DNA from: an uncultured Chloroflexia bacterium
GTDB taxonomy: Bacteria > Chloroflexota > Limnocylindria > Limnocylindrales > CSP1-4
Length of the DNA: 64,000 nucleotides
Assembly (NCBI GenBank): GCA_963819655.1
Contig: CAWFXA010000001.1
Coordinates: forward strand, 64,001-128,000
Direction of reading: 5' to 3'
The notes beneath the pieces were generated by a model. The model saw nothing but the letters and a program-made list of their open reading frames with translations, did not search any database and was not told the origin of the DNA. Shown piece by piece: positions 19,237 through 28,348 of the stretch; positions within the stretch are counted from its first letter, which is position 1, and each line of letters opens with the position of its first letter. The translations under genes were made by a program, and so were the position numbers.

Positions 19237-19614
19237 TCAGCGGCCAGCCTCCGACTTGCGGGACGCCCGGTCCGTCGCGTTCCGATACGCCTCGTGCGCG
19301 ATCGCTTCGTCGATGTCGGCGGAAGCGACGTCGGTCTCGGCGTCGGCGAGGTCCATTCGTGTCGACTGCACGATGACCTTGGCCGCGTTCGCGGTCCTGG
19401 CTGCTGAGGTTTCGGCGAGCTTCGCGGAAGCCAGCGCCGCCTTCGCGGCTTCGGCGGTGGCGAGGGCTGCCGCGGCCGCTTCCTCAGCCGCGGCCGCGGC
19501 GGCTTCGGCTGCGAGGCGACCACGCCTGGCGACGGCGACGGTGCGCTCGGCGCTTCGCCATTCCTGGAGTGCTTCGGAGGTCGTGACCTCTTTCGGCGTC
19601 TGCTCGTTCGTCAT
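19237..19614 (-). CDS. Hypothetical Ala-rich coiled-coil protein
   Basis: GGAGGAG RBS; heptad Ala/Glu-rich sequence. Confidence 0.7.
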   Translation of the reverse strand: MTNEQTPKEVTTSEALQEWRSAERTVAVARRGRLAAEAAAAAAEEAAAAALATAEAAKAALASAKLAETSAARTANAAKVIVQSTRMDLADAETDVASADIDEAIAHEAYRNATDRASRKSEAGR

Positions 19615-19687
19615 CGGCTCCTCCGGCTGAACAGCGCGGCTAGGGTCGAGGAGATTATCTTGGCAGCATGTCCCACGCTGACGTCAC

Positions 19688-19909
19688 ATGAGCAGGGTGC
19701 ATAGCCGCACTCTCGGGCCAAAGATCGCGGCCGACTACCGGCTGCTGAACTATCTGCGGGGGCGATCGACGGCGATGGCCGATTCGATCCCGCCGGGAAG
19801 CACGACGATCGAGGTCGAGGGGGGCGTGCTCGCGAGCCGCTGCGAGGAGGACCACGAGGAGGTCCTCGAATGCTGGTACTTCTACCGACGACCGGGCAGA
19901 CCGAACTGA
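19688..19909 (+). CDS. Hypothetical small protein
   Basis: 73-aa ORF with GC3-biased codons filling the gap before the kinase gene. Confidence 0.5.
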   Translation: MSRVHSRTLGPKIAADYRLLNYLRGRSTAMADSIPPGSTTIEVEGGVLASRCEEDHEEVLECWYFYRRPGRPN

Positions 19910-19921
19910 CCGACGTGGCCG

Positions 19922-20899
19922 ATGGCTGAGGTCGTGACGCTCGGCGAGTGCCTGGCCGCCTTCGTCGCGTCGACGCCGGGCCAGCTCGCCGAGGCCGTGG
20001 CCTTCGATCGCCACGTTGCAGGCGCGGAAGCCAACGTCGCGGTCGGTCTGGCACGGCTCGGACATACCGTGACGTACGTCGGACGCGTGGGCGCGGACGG
20101 TTTCGGGACCGCCATCCTGCGGCGGCTGCGTGGCGAAGGCGTGGACGTCGACCACCTCACGATCGATCCCGACGCGCCGACCGGTGTGATGTTCCGGGAA
20201 CGTCGCGCACTCGGCGCGGCCGAAGTCGTCTACCACCGAGCCGGTTCGGCCGGCTCCCGGCTGAGCCCAGGCGAGGTGGAACGGGCCGCCGACGCTGGCC
20301 TCTTCGACGGCGCCAGGTGGCTCCATATGACCGGGATAACGCCCGCCCTCTCGGCGACCGCCCGCGCGGCAACGACACGGGCGCGCGACCTCGCGCGCGA
20401 CGCCGGGCTGTCGATCAGCCTCGACATCAATCTCAGGCGCCGCCTGTGGTCGGACACGGAGGCTGCACCGGTCCTCCGCGAGCTCGCCACCGGCGTCGAC
20501 GTCGTCCTTGGCAGCGCGGACGAGCTGGCGGTCCTCGTCGACGCCGATCCGACAACGCATCCGGCCGATCTGCTCGCCGCGGTCGCGACCATCGGCCCGT
20601 CGACGGTCGTGGCGAAGCTCGGGGCGCACGGGGCGCTCGGTCTCGAGGCCGGCGGATCCCAGGTGCACGTCGAGGGCGTGCCGGTCTCACACGTGGTCGA
20701 TCCGGTCGGAGCTGGCGATGCGTTCTGTGCGGGGTTCATCGCCGGCCGGCTCGACGGCGTGGATCTCGAGACGGCCCTCCGGATGGGCAACGCGTGCGGC
20801 GCCCTGGCGGTCGCGGCCGCCGGCGATCAGGCCGGCTTGCCTGACCGGGTCGAGCTCGGGCGGCTCCTCGCCGGCGAAGGCGGCGACACCATCCGCTGA
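19922..20899 (+). CDS. PfkB-family sugar kinase (KdgK-like)
   Basis: GAEANVA.GLARLG, VGADGFG, DPVGAGDAF. Confidence 0.92.
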   Translation: MAEVVTLGECLAAFVASTPGQLAEAVAFDRHVAGAEANVAVGLARLGHTVTYVGRVGADGFGTAILRRLRGEGVDVDHLTIDPDAPTGVMFRERRALGAAEVVYHRAGSAGSRLSPGEVERAADAGLFDGARWLHMTGITPALSATARAATTRARDLARDAGLSISLDINLRRRLWSDTEAAPVLRELATGVDVVLGSADELAVLVDADPTTHPADLLAAVATIGPSTVVAKLGAHGALGLEAGGSQVHVEGVPVSHVVDPVGAGDAFCAGFIAGRLDGVDLETALRMGNACGALAVAAAGDQAGLPDRVELGRLLAGEGGDTIR

Positions 20900-21885
20900 G
20901 CCTCCGCGTCCCAGGCGCCGATGGCGGCACGGACGGCAGCCGCGACCGGGAGCGCGACCGCTCCACCGGCCAGCCGATCGAGCCCGAGCAGCGCCGCGCC
21001 CGCGACCGGCGGGGCCGTCAGCGGGACGAGCCGAGCCGCCGGGGCGATGTCCGCCACCCCGTCGCGGATCCGCTCCCAGAACCCGGACTCCCGCGTGCGG
21101 AAGACGCCACCACCGAGGACGACGTCCGGGTCTCGGCGCGTGAGGTGGAGACGTCGGATCATCGCGCCGGCCATGACGATCACCTCATCGGCGAGACGGT
21201 CGACGATGCGACGCGCGGCAGGGTCGCCGGCTGCGGCGGCAGCGAACACGACCGGTGACAGCTCGCCGATCCGCTTCGATGGGATGCGACCCGTGTACAT
21301 CGCGGAGGTGACCGCGGCCGGCGTCCGCAGCCCGAAATGGGCCGGGACATCGCGCTCGAGCCGGGTCCGAGGCCCCCGCCCATCGCGCGCCCGGACCGCG
21401 GCCGCCAGACCCTCCCAGCCGACGTCGTTCCCGCCGCCCCAGTCGCCGGAGTACTCGCCGAGTGCGTCCAGACGGACGCTGCGACCGTCCGGCGCGACGC
21501 CGGCTGCGTTCACGCCGGCTCCGCAGATGACGACAACGCCCCACGTCCGGTCGGTCCCCGCGCGCAACGCCCCGAACGCGTCGTTGAGGACCACGTCCTC
21601 GCGCGCGAAGCCACGTTCGCCCAGCGCGGCGCGCAGCGCTCGCACATCGGTGGGCGTGTCCGCGCCGGCGACCGTGTAGATGGCCAGGTCCGGCTGAGCG
21701 ATCGGCCCGGCACTGGCGACGACCTCGGCGACCATCCCGGCGAGGCGCTCCATCCCCGGGCCCAGTCCGGCCGCCTGATGCGAGCTCGTCGGTCCGCGCA
21801 CGGCCGCCAGCAATCGGCCGTCCTCCGCGACCAGTGCGACGTCCGTCTTCGAGTTCCCGCCATCGACGGCGAGGACGCTCCTCAC
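20827..21885 (-). CDS. BadF/BadG/BcrA/BcrD-family (N-acetyl)glucosamine kinase-like protein
   Basis: AVDGGNSKT, NDAF.ALRAG, CGAGVN, SGDWGGG; GTG start overlaps the upstream TGA. Confidence 0.88.
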   Translation of the reverse strand: MRSVLAVDGGNSKTDVALVAEDGRLLAAVRGPTSSHQAAGLGPGMERLAGMVAEVVASAGPIAQPDLAIYTVAGADTPTDVRALRAALGERGFAREDVVLNDAFGALRAGTDRTWGVVVICGAGVNAAGVAPDGRSVRLDALGEYSGDWGGGNDVGWEGLAAAVRARDGRGPRTRLERDVPAHFGLRTPAAVTSAMYTGRIPSKRIGELSPVVFAAAAAGDPAARRIVDRLADEVIVMAGAMIRRLHLTRRDPDVVLGGGVFRTRESGFWERIRDGVADIAPAARLVPLTAPPVAGAALLGLDRLAGGAVALPVAAAVRAAIGAWDAEAQRMVSPPSPARSRPSSTRSGKPA

Positions 21886-22478
21886 CCCAGCGCGTCCATC
21901 CGCACGAACGAAGCGCCGGCGTCGCGGAGCCCGGCGATGAGGGGCGCCAGGCCGAGACCGGTGGCGGTCGTCCACGGGTGGAGCAGGACGATCGCTCCGT
22001 CACCGCGCGCGACCGTATCCGTGACGATCTGGCGGGCCATGCCACGTGCGCGCCGGCTCGGGCGCCAATCGGCGCCGTCCACGTCCCAGAAGATCTCGCG
22101 GTAACCGAGGCGCTCGATGCCCGCCCTGACCCGCGGGTCATCGGTCCCCGCGCCAAAGGGGCAGCGGAACCAGGGGCGCGGGTCGACGCCTGTCGCCGTG
22201 ACGATCGCGCGCTCGGCCGCCCGGATGTCGGTGGCGAGCCCGGCGTTCGACAGGAGCGGCATCCGCGCATGGTAGAAGGAGTGGTTCCCGATGAGGTGGC
22301 CGCGCGAGGCGACGTCGCGTGCCAGCTCCGGGAACGCCTCGACCCACCGACCCTGCAGGAAGAACGTGGTCTTGACGCCCTCCGCGTCGAGCACGTCGAG
22401 CACGCGCTCGGTCCCGCCGGTGCGGTGCGGCCGATCGGGATGCTCGGCGTCGAAGGTCAGGGCGACCCGGAAGGTCAT
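21882..22478 (-). CDS. Polysaccharide deacetylase (CE4/NodB), cytoplasmic
   Basis: ALTFD, TFF, GNHSFYH, FRCPFG, WDVD..DW, IVLLH; no signal peptide. Confidence 0.9.
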   Translation of the reverse strand: MTFRVALTFDAEHPDRPHRTGGTERVLDVLDAEGVKTTFFLQGRWVEAFPELARDVASRGHLIGNHSFYHARMPLLSNAGLATDIRAAERAIVTATGVDPRPWFRCPFGAGTDDPRVRAGIERLGYREIFWDVDGADWRPSRRARGMARQIVTDTVARGDGAIVLLHPWTTATGLGLAPLIAGLRDAGASFVRMDALG

Positions 22479-22485
22479 CGACCCA

Positions 22486-23592
22486 TCACTTGTCGACGCC
22501 GGTGATGACGATGCCGCGCGTGAAGAAGCGCTGGGTCAGCAGGAAGGCGATGACCGGGATGACGAGTGTCATCAGCGTGCCGGCCTGGACGAGCCCCGGT
22601 TCGCGGTAGTAGATGCCGTTGAACCGCTGCAGGCCCAGGGCCACCGTCTGAAGATCGACCTTGCCGGCGGTGTAGAGCAGCGGCCCGAAGAAGTCGTTCC
22701 ATGAATACACCAGGTGGAACACGGCGACCGCGACGATCACCGGCCACGCCTGCGGCAGCACCACCGAGATCAGCGTCCGGAACGGGCCTGCCCCGTCGAT
22801 CGCGGCGGCCTCGTCCATCTCGGTCGGGATCGTCATGAAGTACTGGCGCATCAGGAACACGTCGTACGCGTTCGCGAAGAAAGCCGGGATGAGCAGCGGG
22901 AGCCACGTCCCCACCCAGCCGATCTTCTGGAAGACCGTGTATGTCGGGATGATCGTCACGGCCGCCGGCAGGAAGATCGTGGCGATCAGCAACGTGAACA
23001 ACAGATTCCGGCCGGGGAACCGGAACCGGGCGAAGCCATATGCCACGAGCGTGCACGACAGCAGCGTGCCGATCGTCGAGATGACCGCGATCACGATCGT
23101 GTTGAACAGCAGCCGCGGATAGTCGATGAGGTCCCACACCTCACCGAAGTTCTCCCAGTGCGGCGCGAATTGCCACACCGGCTCGAGCGTGCGCCACGAG
23201 CCCTGCCACTCGATCGGTGCCGCCTCGGGGGCGAGCGGATCGACGAACGTGCTCTGGCGCCGGAGGGGCTCGAGCAATGCCAGCTGCCGGGTCGTGCCGT
23301 CGGGGAGCGGCACGTTCATGAGCGGCAGATCCTCGCCCTGGTACGAGAACGTGACCGGGTCGGCCGGGTAGAGCGGCGAGTGCGCCTGCGTGATCTGGTC
23401 GAGGCTCTTGAGGGAGTACGACATCGACCGGAGCATCGGCGACAGGAACGCCGCCACGATCAGGACCGCGATCAGCGTCCAGAGGAACGACCGGCTCGAG
23501 TCGCCCCGCTCCCTCGGCGGCCGGCTGCCTGCCGCCACCCTCATGCCACGGCGCCGGAAGATGCCGCGACCCGCGATCGATACCGCGGTCAT
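22486..23592 (-). CDS. Carbohydrate ABC transporter permease
   Basis: EAAAIDGA EAA loop, WNDFF.PL. Confidence 0.93.
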   Translation of the reverse strand: MTAVSIAGRGIFRRRGMRVAAGSRPPRERGDSSRSFLWTLIAVLIVAAFLSPMLRSMSYSLKSLDQITQAHSPLYPADPVTFSYQGEDLPLMNVPLPDGTTRQLALLEPLRRQSTFVDPLAPEAAPIEWQGSWRTLEPVWQFAPHWENFGEVWDLIDYPRLLFNTIVIAVISTIGTLLSCTLVAYGFARFRFPGRNLLFTLLIATIFLPAAVTIIPTYTVFQKIGWVGTWLPLLIPAFFANAYDVFLMRQYFMTIPTEMDEAAAIDGAGPFRTLISVVLPQAWPVIVAVAVFHLVYSWNDFFGPLLYTAGKVDLQTVALGLQRFNGIYYREPGLVQAGTLMTLVIPVIAFLLTQRFFTRGIVITGVDK

Positions 23593-24536
23593 CGCGCCTC
23601 ACCGGCGTAATAGACCCACCGGCGCGCCGTTCCGAACAGAACGAGCGTGATCAACAGCGTGATCGCGAACAGCAGCCAGGCCAGCGTCGCGCCGTACGAC
23701 ATGTCCTGGAACGTGAAGAAGTTCTTGTAGATGTACAGGTTGTAGAACATCGTCGAGCCGCCGGGCTCGCCGGTGCCGTCCTGGAGGACGAGCGGCACGA
23801 GGAAGTACTGCATGACCTCGACGACGGACAACACGATCGTGTAGAAGATCACCGGGGTCAGCATCGGGATCGTGATGTGGCGCAGCGACGCCCACGCGCC
23901 CGCGCCGTCGATCCGGGCCGCCTCGTACAGGTCCGTCGGGATGCCCTTGAGCCCCGCCAGGTAGACGATCATCCCGGCGCCGATGCCCCACACCCCGATC
24001 AGTGCGAGGCCGGGGTAGACCCAGCCGGGATCCTCGAGCCAGGGGGGCGGCTTCTCCACGCCCACGGCCCGCAGCGCGCCGTTGATCCAGCCCGTCTCGG
24101 GGTTGAGCATGCCGCCCCAGATGAAGACCGTCGCGACGAATGGCACGACGTACGGCAGGAAGAACAGGACACGGAAGAACCCGGAGCCGAGCAGGTGCCG
24201 CGAGTGGAGCAGGAGCGCCACCAGGAGCGGCAGGATCACCGCGACCGGCAGCGCCAGCGCGGCGAACTTCAGGGTGATCCCGAGCGACTTCCAGACCTGC
24301 TGGTCCTTGAGCAGATCCTCGTAGTTCTTGAGCCCGACGAACCGGAGCGGCTCGGCCTGGGCCAGATTGATGTTGGTGAACGAGAAGGCGAGCGTCGCGA
24401 TCATCGGGAGCGCCGTGAAGGCGACGAACCCGATGAGCCACGGCGCGATGAAGACATACCCCCAGCGCGCGCGCCGCCAGCCCAGCCCGGAGAAGCGAGG
24501 CAGGCTGCGCGGGCGCGCGACGCTGGGGGCGACCAT
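23589..24536 (-). CDS. Carbohydrate ABC transporter permease
   Basis: FVGLKNY, LYEAARIDGA, ITIPMLTP. Confidence 0.93.
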   Translation of the reverse strand: MVAPSVARPRSLPRFSGLGWRRARWGYVFIAPWLIGFVAFTALPMIATLAFSFTNINLAQAEPLRFVGLKNYEDLLKDQQVWKSLGITLKFAALALPVAVILPLLVALLLHSRHLLGSGFFRVLFFLPYVVPFVATVFIWGGMLNPETGWINGALRAVGVEKPPPWLEDPGWVYPGLALIGVWGIGAGMIVYLAGLKGIPTDLYEAARIDGAGAWASLRHITIPMLTPVIFYTIVLSVVEVMQYFLVPLVLQDGTGEPGGSTMFYNLYIYKNFFTFQDMSYGATLAWLLFAITLLITLVLFGTARRWVYYAGEAR

Positions 24537-24539
24537 CGA

Positions 24540-26072
24540 TCAGCTGCCGCCCGCGTCCCAGACGGCCTGCATCTCCGCTCGCATCGCCTCCACCTCGGCA
24601 TCGATGTCGAGACCAGGCGTGGTCTGCCACTTCGTGCCGTACGTGTTGATCAGGTCGAGCGTCTGGTTGTAGGCCGGCATATAGGACTCGAAGTTGGGCA
24701 CGTCGGCGAATGCGACGCCCTCCTTCGCGACCTTCCAGTCGATGCCCTGCGTGTAGTCCTTGAAAAGGGACTCCAGGAACGCATCCTGCTTCGACTCGAC
24801 CGCGGGCGTGCCGCCGTAGAGCGCGAGCAGTTCCTCGTTGCCCAACAGGTACAGCAGGACTTCGAATGCCTGGTCGGGGTTCTTGCTGGTCTTCAGGATC
24901 CGCCACGTGTCGGCGTTGAACGCGGCGGTCGTCTTGCCATTGAAGGACGGCGTCGCCGCCATGTTCCAGTCGTCACCCGCGTCACCGACGCAGTACGTCG
25001 ACCACAGGTAGTTGGTGCTCATCGCGACCTTGCCGGCGCAGAACGGATAGCCGGCCGGGTTGAGGTCGGTCGTCTCGAACTTGGGACCGGTCATGCTGAA
25101 GTGATCGGTCCAGATGCCGTTGTAGAAATGCTTCCAGGCCGCGACCCACGGCTCCGGCATCTGCACGGTCTTGCCGTCGGTTGCCATGAACCCGCCGGCA
25201 CCGAAGTAGGCTCCGGTCTGGCGCAGGTCGTCACGCTGTGGCTCGAAGCCCCACTGGACGATCTTCTCAGGATCGAAGCTGGCTTCCGTCGCGTCGGCGC
25301 CGTTCTCGTCGACCGTCAGGATCTTGGCGATCTCCCGTACCGTGTCGTAATCCCACGCCCGCTTCGAGCCGTCGGGCATGGTGTATTCCGCGTTCCACGC
25401 GTGGGGCGGCTCATTGAGACCGGCTTCCTTGAACATGTCGGCCTTGTAGAACAGGACCGACGGATAGATCGCGTACGGGATGCCGAGCTGGCCTTCGCCG
25501 CCCGCGTTGTACAGGTCGACGGTGGACTCCGGGAACTGGCTCATGTCGAAGCCGTTCTTGTCGATGAGCGGCTGGAGGTCGAGCCACTGGCCGTGGAACG
25601 CCTCGGCGCCGCCGATGCCCAGCGGACCGACGATGTCGGGGCCGGCGCCGGATCCGAGCTGGACGGCCAGCGCGTCGCGCGCGGCCGCATAGACGAAGCC
25701 TTCGAACTGCAGGTGGATGCCGGGGTGCGAGGCATTGAAGTCCTCGGCCACCTTCCGTTCGACCTCGACCTGCTCCGGCGCGTCACCGGTGCCGAGACAG
25801 CAGTACCAGCGGATGATCACGTCACCCGGCTTGGCCTGCGATTCCGTGGCCGGCAGAGCCGTCGGCGCCGGGGTCGCGTCGGTCGATTCCTCAGGCGATG
25901 GCTCGGTCGATGCGACCGCCGCCGAGCCGGATGGCGCGACACTCGCCGCAGGCCCTGAACAGGCCGCGATCAGGAGCGCCAGCACCGTGAACAGGACGGC
26001 GAACCGTCCGAGATCCATTCGCATGCGCGACTTCCTCCGTCTGCGTTGACCGTCCGCTGTCGTCGTTCTCAT
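24540..26072 (-). CDS. Sugar ABC transporter solute-binding lipoprotein
   Basis: IAAC lipobox, Ser/Pro linker, SBP family-1 features; start may be further downstream. Confidence 0.9.
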   Translation of the reverse strand: MRTTTADGQRRRRKSRMRMDLGRFAVLFTVLALLIAACSGPAASVAPSGSAAVASTEPSPEESTDATPAPTALPATESQAKPGDVIIRWYCCLGTGDAPEQVEVERKVAEDFNASHPGIHLQFEGFVYAAARDALAVQLGSGAGPDIVGPLGIGGAEAFHGQWLDLQPLIDKNGFDMSQFPESTVDLYNAGGEGQLGIPYAIYPSVLFYKADMFKEAGLNEPPHAWNAEYTMPDGSKRAWDYDTVREIAKILTVDENGADATEASFDPEKIVQWGFEPQRDDLRQTGAYFGAGGFMATDGKTVQMPEPWVAAWKHFYNGIWTDHFSMTGPKFETTDLNPAGYPFCAGKVAMSTNYLWSTYCVGDAGDDWNMAATPSFNGKTTAAFNADTWRILKTSKNPDQAFEVLLYLLGNEELLALYGGTPAVESKQDAFLESLFKDYTQGIDWKVAKEGVAFADVPNFESYMPAYNQTLDLINTYGTKWQTTPGLDIDAEVEAMRAEMQAVWDAGGS

Positions 26073-26866
26073 CGTCTGGCTCCTCCTCCTATGACTGCCG
26101 TGGCCTCGACCGCGGCCGACCGGATGGGCCGGTCGACCTCGCGTTCGACGTAGTAGCGCGAGCGATCGCCGCGAACGAACGTCCGGCCGAACTCGACCGG
26201 GGTCCCATCCGCCGCGAACGCGGTTCCTTCGATGAGCAGGGCCGCCGCCCCCGACCGCTGGTCGAGGAGGCGGGCCTCTCGAGCCCGGAGGAGGACGGGC
26301 TCGAGGGCCTCACGGGCGCGAACGACCTGGGTCGCGTAGCGCGTGAAGAGCGATTCGTACAGGGAGCCGTGCTCGAGATCGCTGGCGAGCAGGCCCGGAA
26401 AACGCTCTGCCGGCAGGTGGACCTGCTCGAGCAGATAGGGCTCGCCACTGGCCAGGCGCAGCCGTTCGAGATACAGCGTCGGCGAGCCGGGCTCCAGGTC
26501 GAGGGCAGCGGCGACGGCCACCGTCGCGGACTCGGGTCGGGCAGAGATCAGGCGTGTCTCGGGATCCAGGCCGCGCTGGCGCATCTCTTCGGAGAAGCTC
26601 GCCCGACCGGCGATGTCCCGATCGAGCCGCGGGTGCAGGACGAATGTGCCGCGCCCCCGGGTCCGCTGGATCCGCCCCTCGCGGACCAGCTCATCGAGCG
26701 CGCGACGGATCGTGATCAGACTGCAGCCGTAATGTGCCGCAAGATCGCGTTCCGTGGGTAGCTGCTCGGCGGGCTGCCATCGCCCGGCATCCAGCGAATC
26801 GCGCAGGTCGATATAGACCTGATGGTGCAGCGGGACCGGGCCGAGCTCGAGACGGAAACGGGCCAA
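26069..26866 (-). CDS. GntR (HutC/UTRA) family regulator
   Basis: PL.HQ...LPTERDLA..Y..S..T.RRAL..L...G...R.RGRGTFV plus UTRA domain; TTG start after AGGAGG. Confidence 0.92.
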   Translation of the reverse strand: MARFRLELGPVPLHHQVYIDLRDSLDAGRWQPAEQLPTERDLAAHYGCSLITIRRALDELVREGRIQRTRGRGTFVLHPRLDRDIAGRASFSEEMRQRGLDPETRLISARPESATVAVAAALDLEPGSPTLYLERLRLASGEPYLLEQVHLPAERFPGLLASDLEHGSLYESLFTRYATQVVRAREALEPVLLRAREARLLDQRSGAAALLIEGTAFAADGTPVEFGRTFVRGDRSRYYVEREVDRPIRSAAVEATAVIGGGARR

Positions 26867-26928
26867 CCGAAGCGCTCCTCCTGTGGATCGATGGCCGGTG
26901 TCTGGTCTTGCGCGAGCGTCGAATACTG

Positions 26929-26938
26929 ATAACGTTAT
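26929..26938. promoter_or_regulatory. AT-rich palindrome ATAACGTTAT, candidate GntR operator in the divergent promoter region
   Basis: Perfect 10-bp palindrome in an AT-rich patch between the GntR and GH4 genes. Confidence 0.55.
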
Positions 26939-26967
26939 AAGCAATCGTGTCAAGACCCGGAGGTGGG

Positions 26968-28236
26968 ATGGGCTCCAGGATCACGGTCGTTGGTGCGGGC
27001 AGCACGTACACGCCCGAACTCGTGGAGGGCTTCGCCCGCCGCACGGACCGCCTGCCCATCGACGAGCTGGTCCTGCTCGACATCGACCCTGAGCGGCTCG
27101 AGGTGGTCGGCGGCCTTGCCCGCCGGATGCTCGATCGGCTGGGCTGGTCGGGGCGACTGACCCTCACCGGGGACCGCGACGCGGCCATCGACGGAGCCGA
27201 CTTCGTCCTGCTCCAGCTGCGAGTGGGCGGCCAGGCGGCTCGACTCGTCGACGAGACCCTGCCCCTGCGTTTCGGTGTCATCGGCCAGGAGACGACCGGG
27301 GCCGGCGGCTTCGCCAAGGCGCTCCGGACCGTCCCACGCGTCCTCGACCTCGCCGAGCTGACCGCCCGCCGCGCCGCGAAGGACGCCTGGATCATCGACT
27401 TCACGAACCCCGTCGGCATCGTGACGCAGGCGCTCATCGACGATGGGCATCGGGCGCTCGGCCTGTGCAATGTCGCGATCACGCTCCAGCGGCGGCTGGC
27501 CGCCCGATTCGGCGTCTCCCCTGATCGTGTGGAACTGGAGCACGTCGGGCTCAACCACCTCAGCTGGGAGCGCGCGGTGCGCGTCGACGGCGAGGACCGC
27601 CTCCCGGACCTGCTCGACGAGGACGCGGCCGAGCTGGCCGAGGAGCTCCGGTTGCCCCAGGACATGCTCCGATGGATCGGCGCCATCCCGTCCTACTACC
27701 TCCGCTACTACTACCTGACCCGGACCGTGCTGGCCGAACAGCAGAACGGGCATACGCGTGCCCAGGACGTGATGGACATCGAGGCGCGGCTGCTGGAGAT
27801 GTACCGCGACCCGACGCTCACCGAGAAGCCCGAGCTGCTCGACCATCGCGGTGGCGCCTTTTACAGCGAGGCGGCCGCGCAGCTGATCGCATCGCTCCAT
27901 GACGGCGCCGGCGACGTCCAGGTCGTCGACGTCCGCAACGATGGCGCGATCCCCGACCTGCCCGCGAACGCGGTCGTGGAGATCCCCGCGAGGATCGATC
28001 GCGACGGCGCGCACCCGCTGCCCCTCGGACCGCTCGCACCAGAGCAGCGCGGGCTGGTGCAGGCCGTCAAGGCCTATGAGGAACTGACGATCGAGGCCGC
28101 CCGGACGGGCGATCGACGGGTCGCGCTCAAGGCCCTCGCGACCAACCCGCTGGTCGGCGGCGAGGTCGCCGCGCCGCTGCTGGACGCGCTCCTCGAGGCG
28201 GACCGGCACCACCTGGATCGCTTCGCGCCGGCCTGA
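26968..28236 (+). CDS. 6-phospho-beta-glucosidase, glycoside hydrolase family 4
   Basis: GAGSTYTPE, GQETTGAGG, FTNPVG, GLCN, GLNHL, RGGAFYS. Confidence 0.93.
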   Translation: MGSRITVVGAGSTYTPELVEGFARRTDRLPIDELVLLDIDPERLEVVGGLARRMLDRLGWSGRLTLTGDRDAAIDGADFVLLQLRVGGQAARLVDETLPLRFGVIGQETTGAGGFAKALRTVPRVLDLAELTARRAAKDAWIIDFTNPVGIVTQALIDDGHRALGLCNVAITLQRRLAARFGVSPDRVELEHVGLNHLSWERAVRVDGEDRLPDLLDEDAAELAEELRLPQDMLRWIGAIPSYYLRYYYLTRTVLAEQQNGHTRAQDVMDIEARLLEMYRDPTLTEKPELLDHRGGAFYSEAAAQLIASLHDGAGDVQVVDVRNDGAIPDLPANAVVEIPARIDRDGAHPLPLGPLAPEQRGLVQAVKAYEELTIEAARTGDRRVALKALATNPLVGGEVAAPLLDALLEADRHHLDRFAPA

Positions 28237-28348
28237 CCGATAGCCGTTCGTCACGAACGGGAGGACCCCGTCGTCCCCGGGTTTGGGCATCTTGCGCCAT
28301 CCTTGACGCCGACAACGACCCGTCCACCGTTCGGAGAAATGCGTTTCC

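Noticed and set aside
20827-20899. 73-nt convergent overlap of the PfkB and BadF kinase genes as antisense regulation
   Set aside because: Such tail overlaps are common at high GC and this one could also reflect an indel; nothing else supports regulation.
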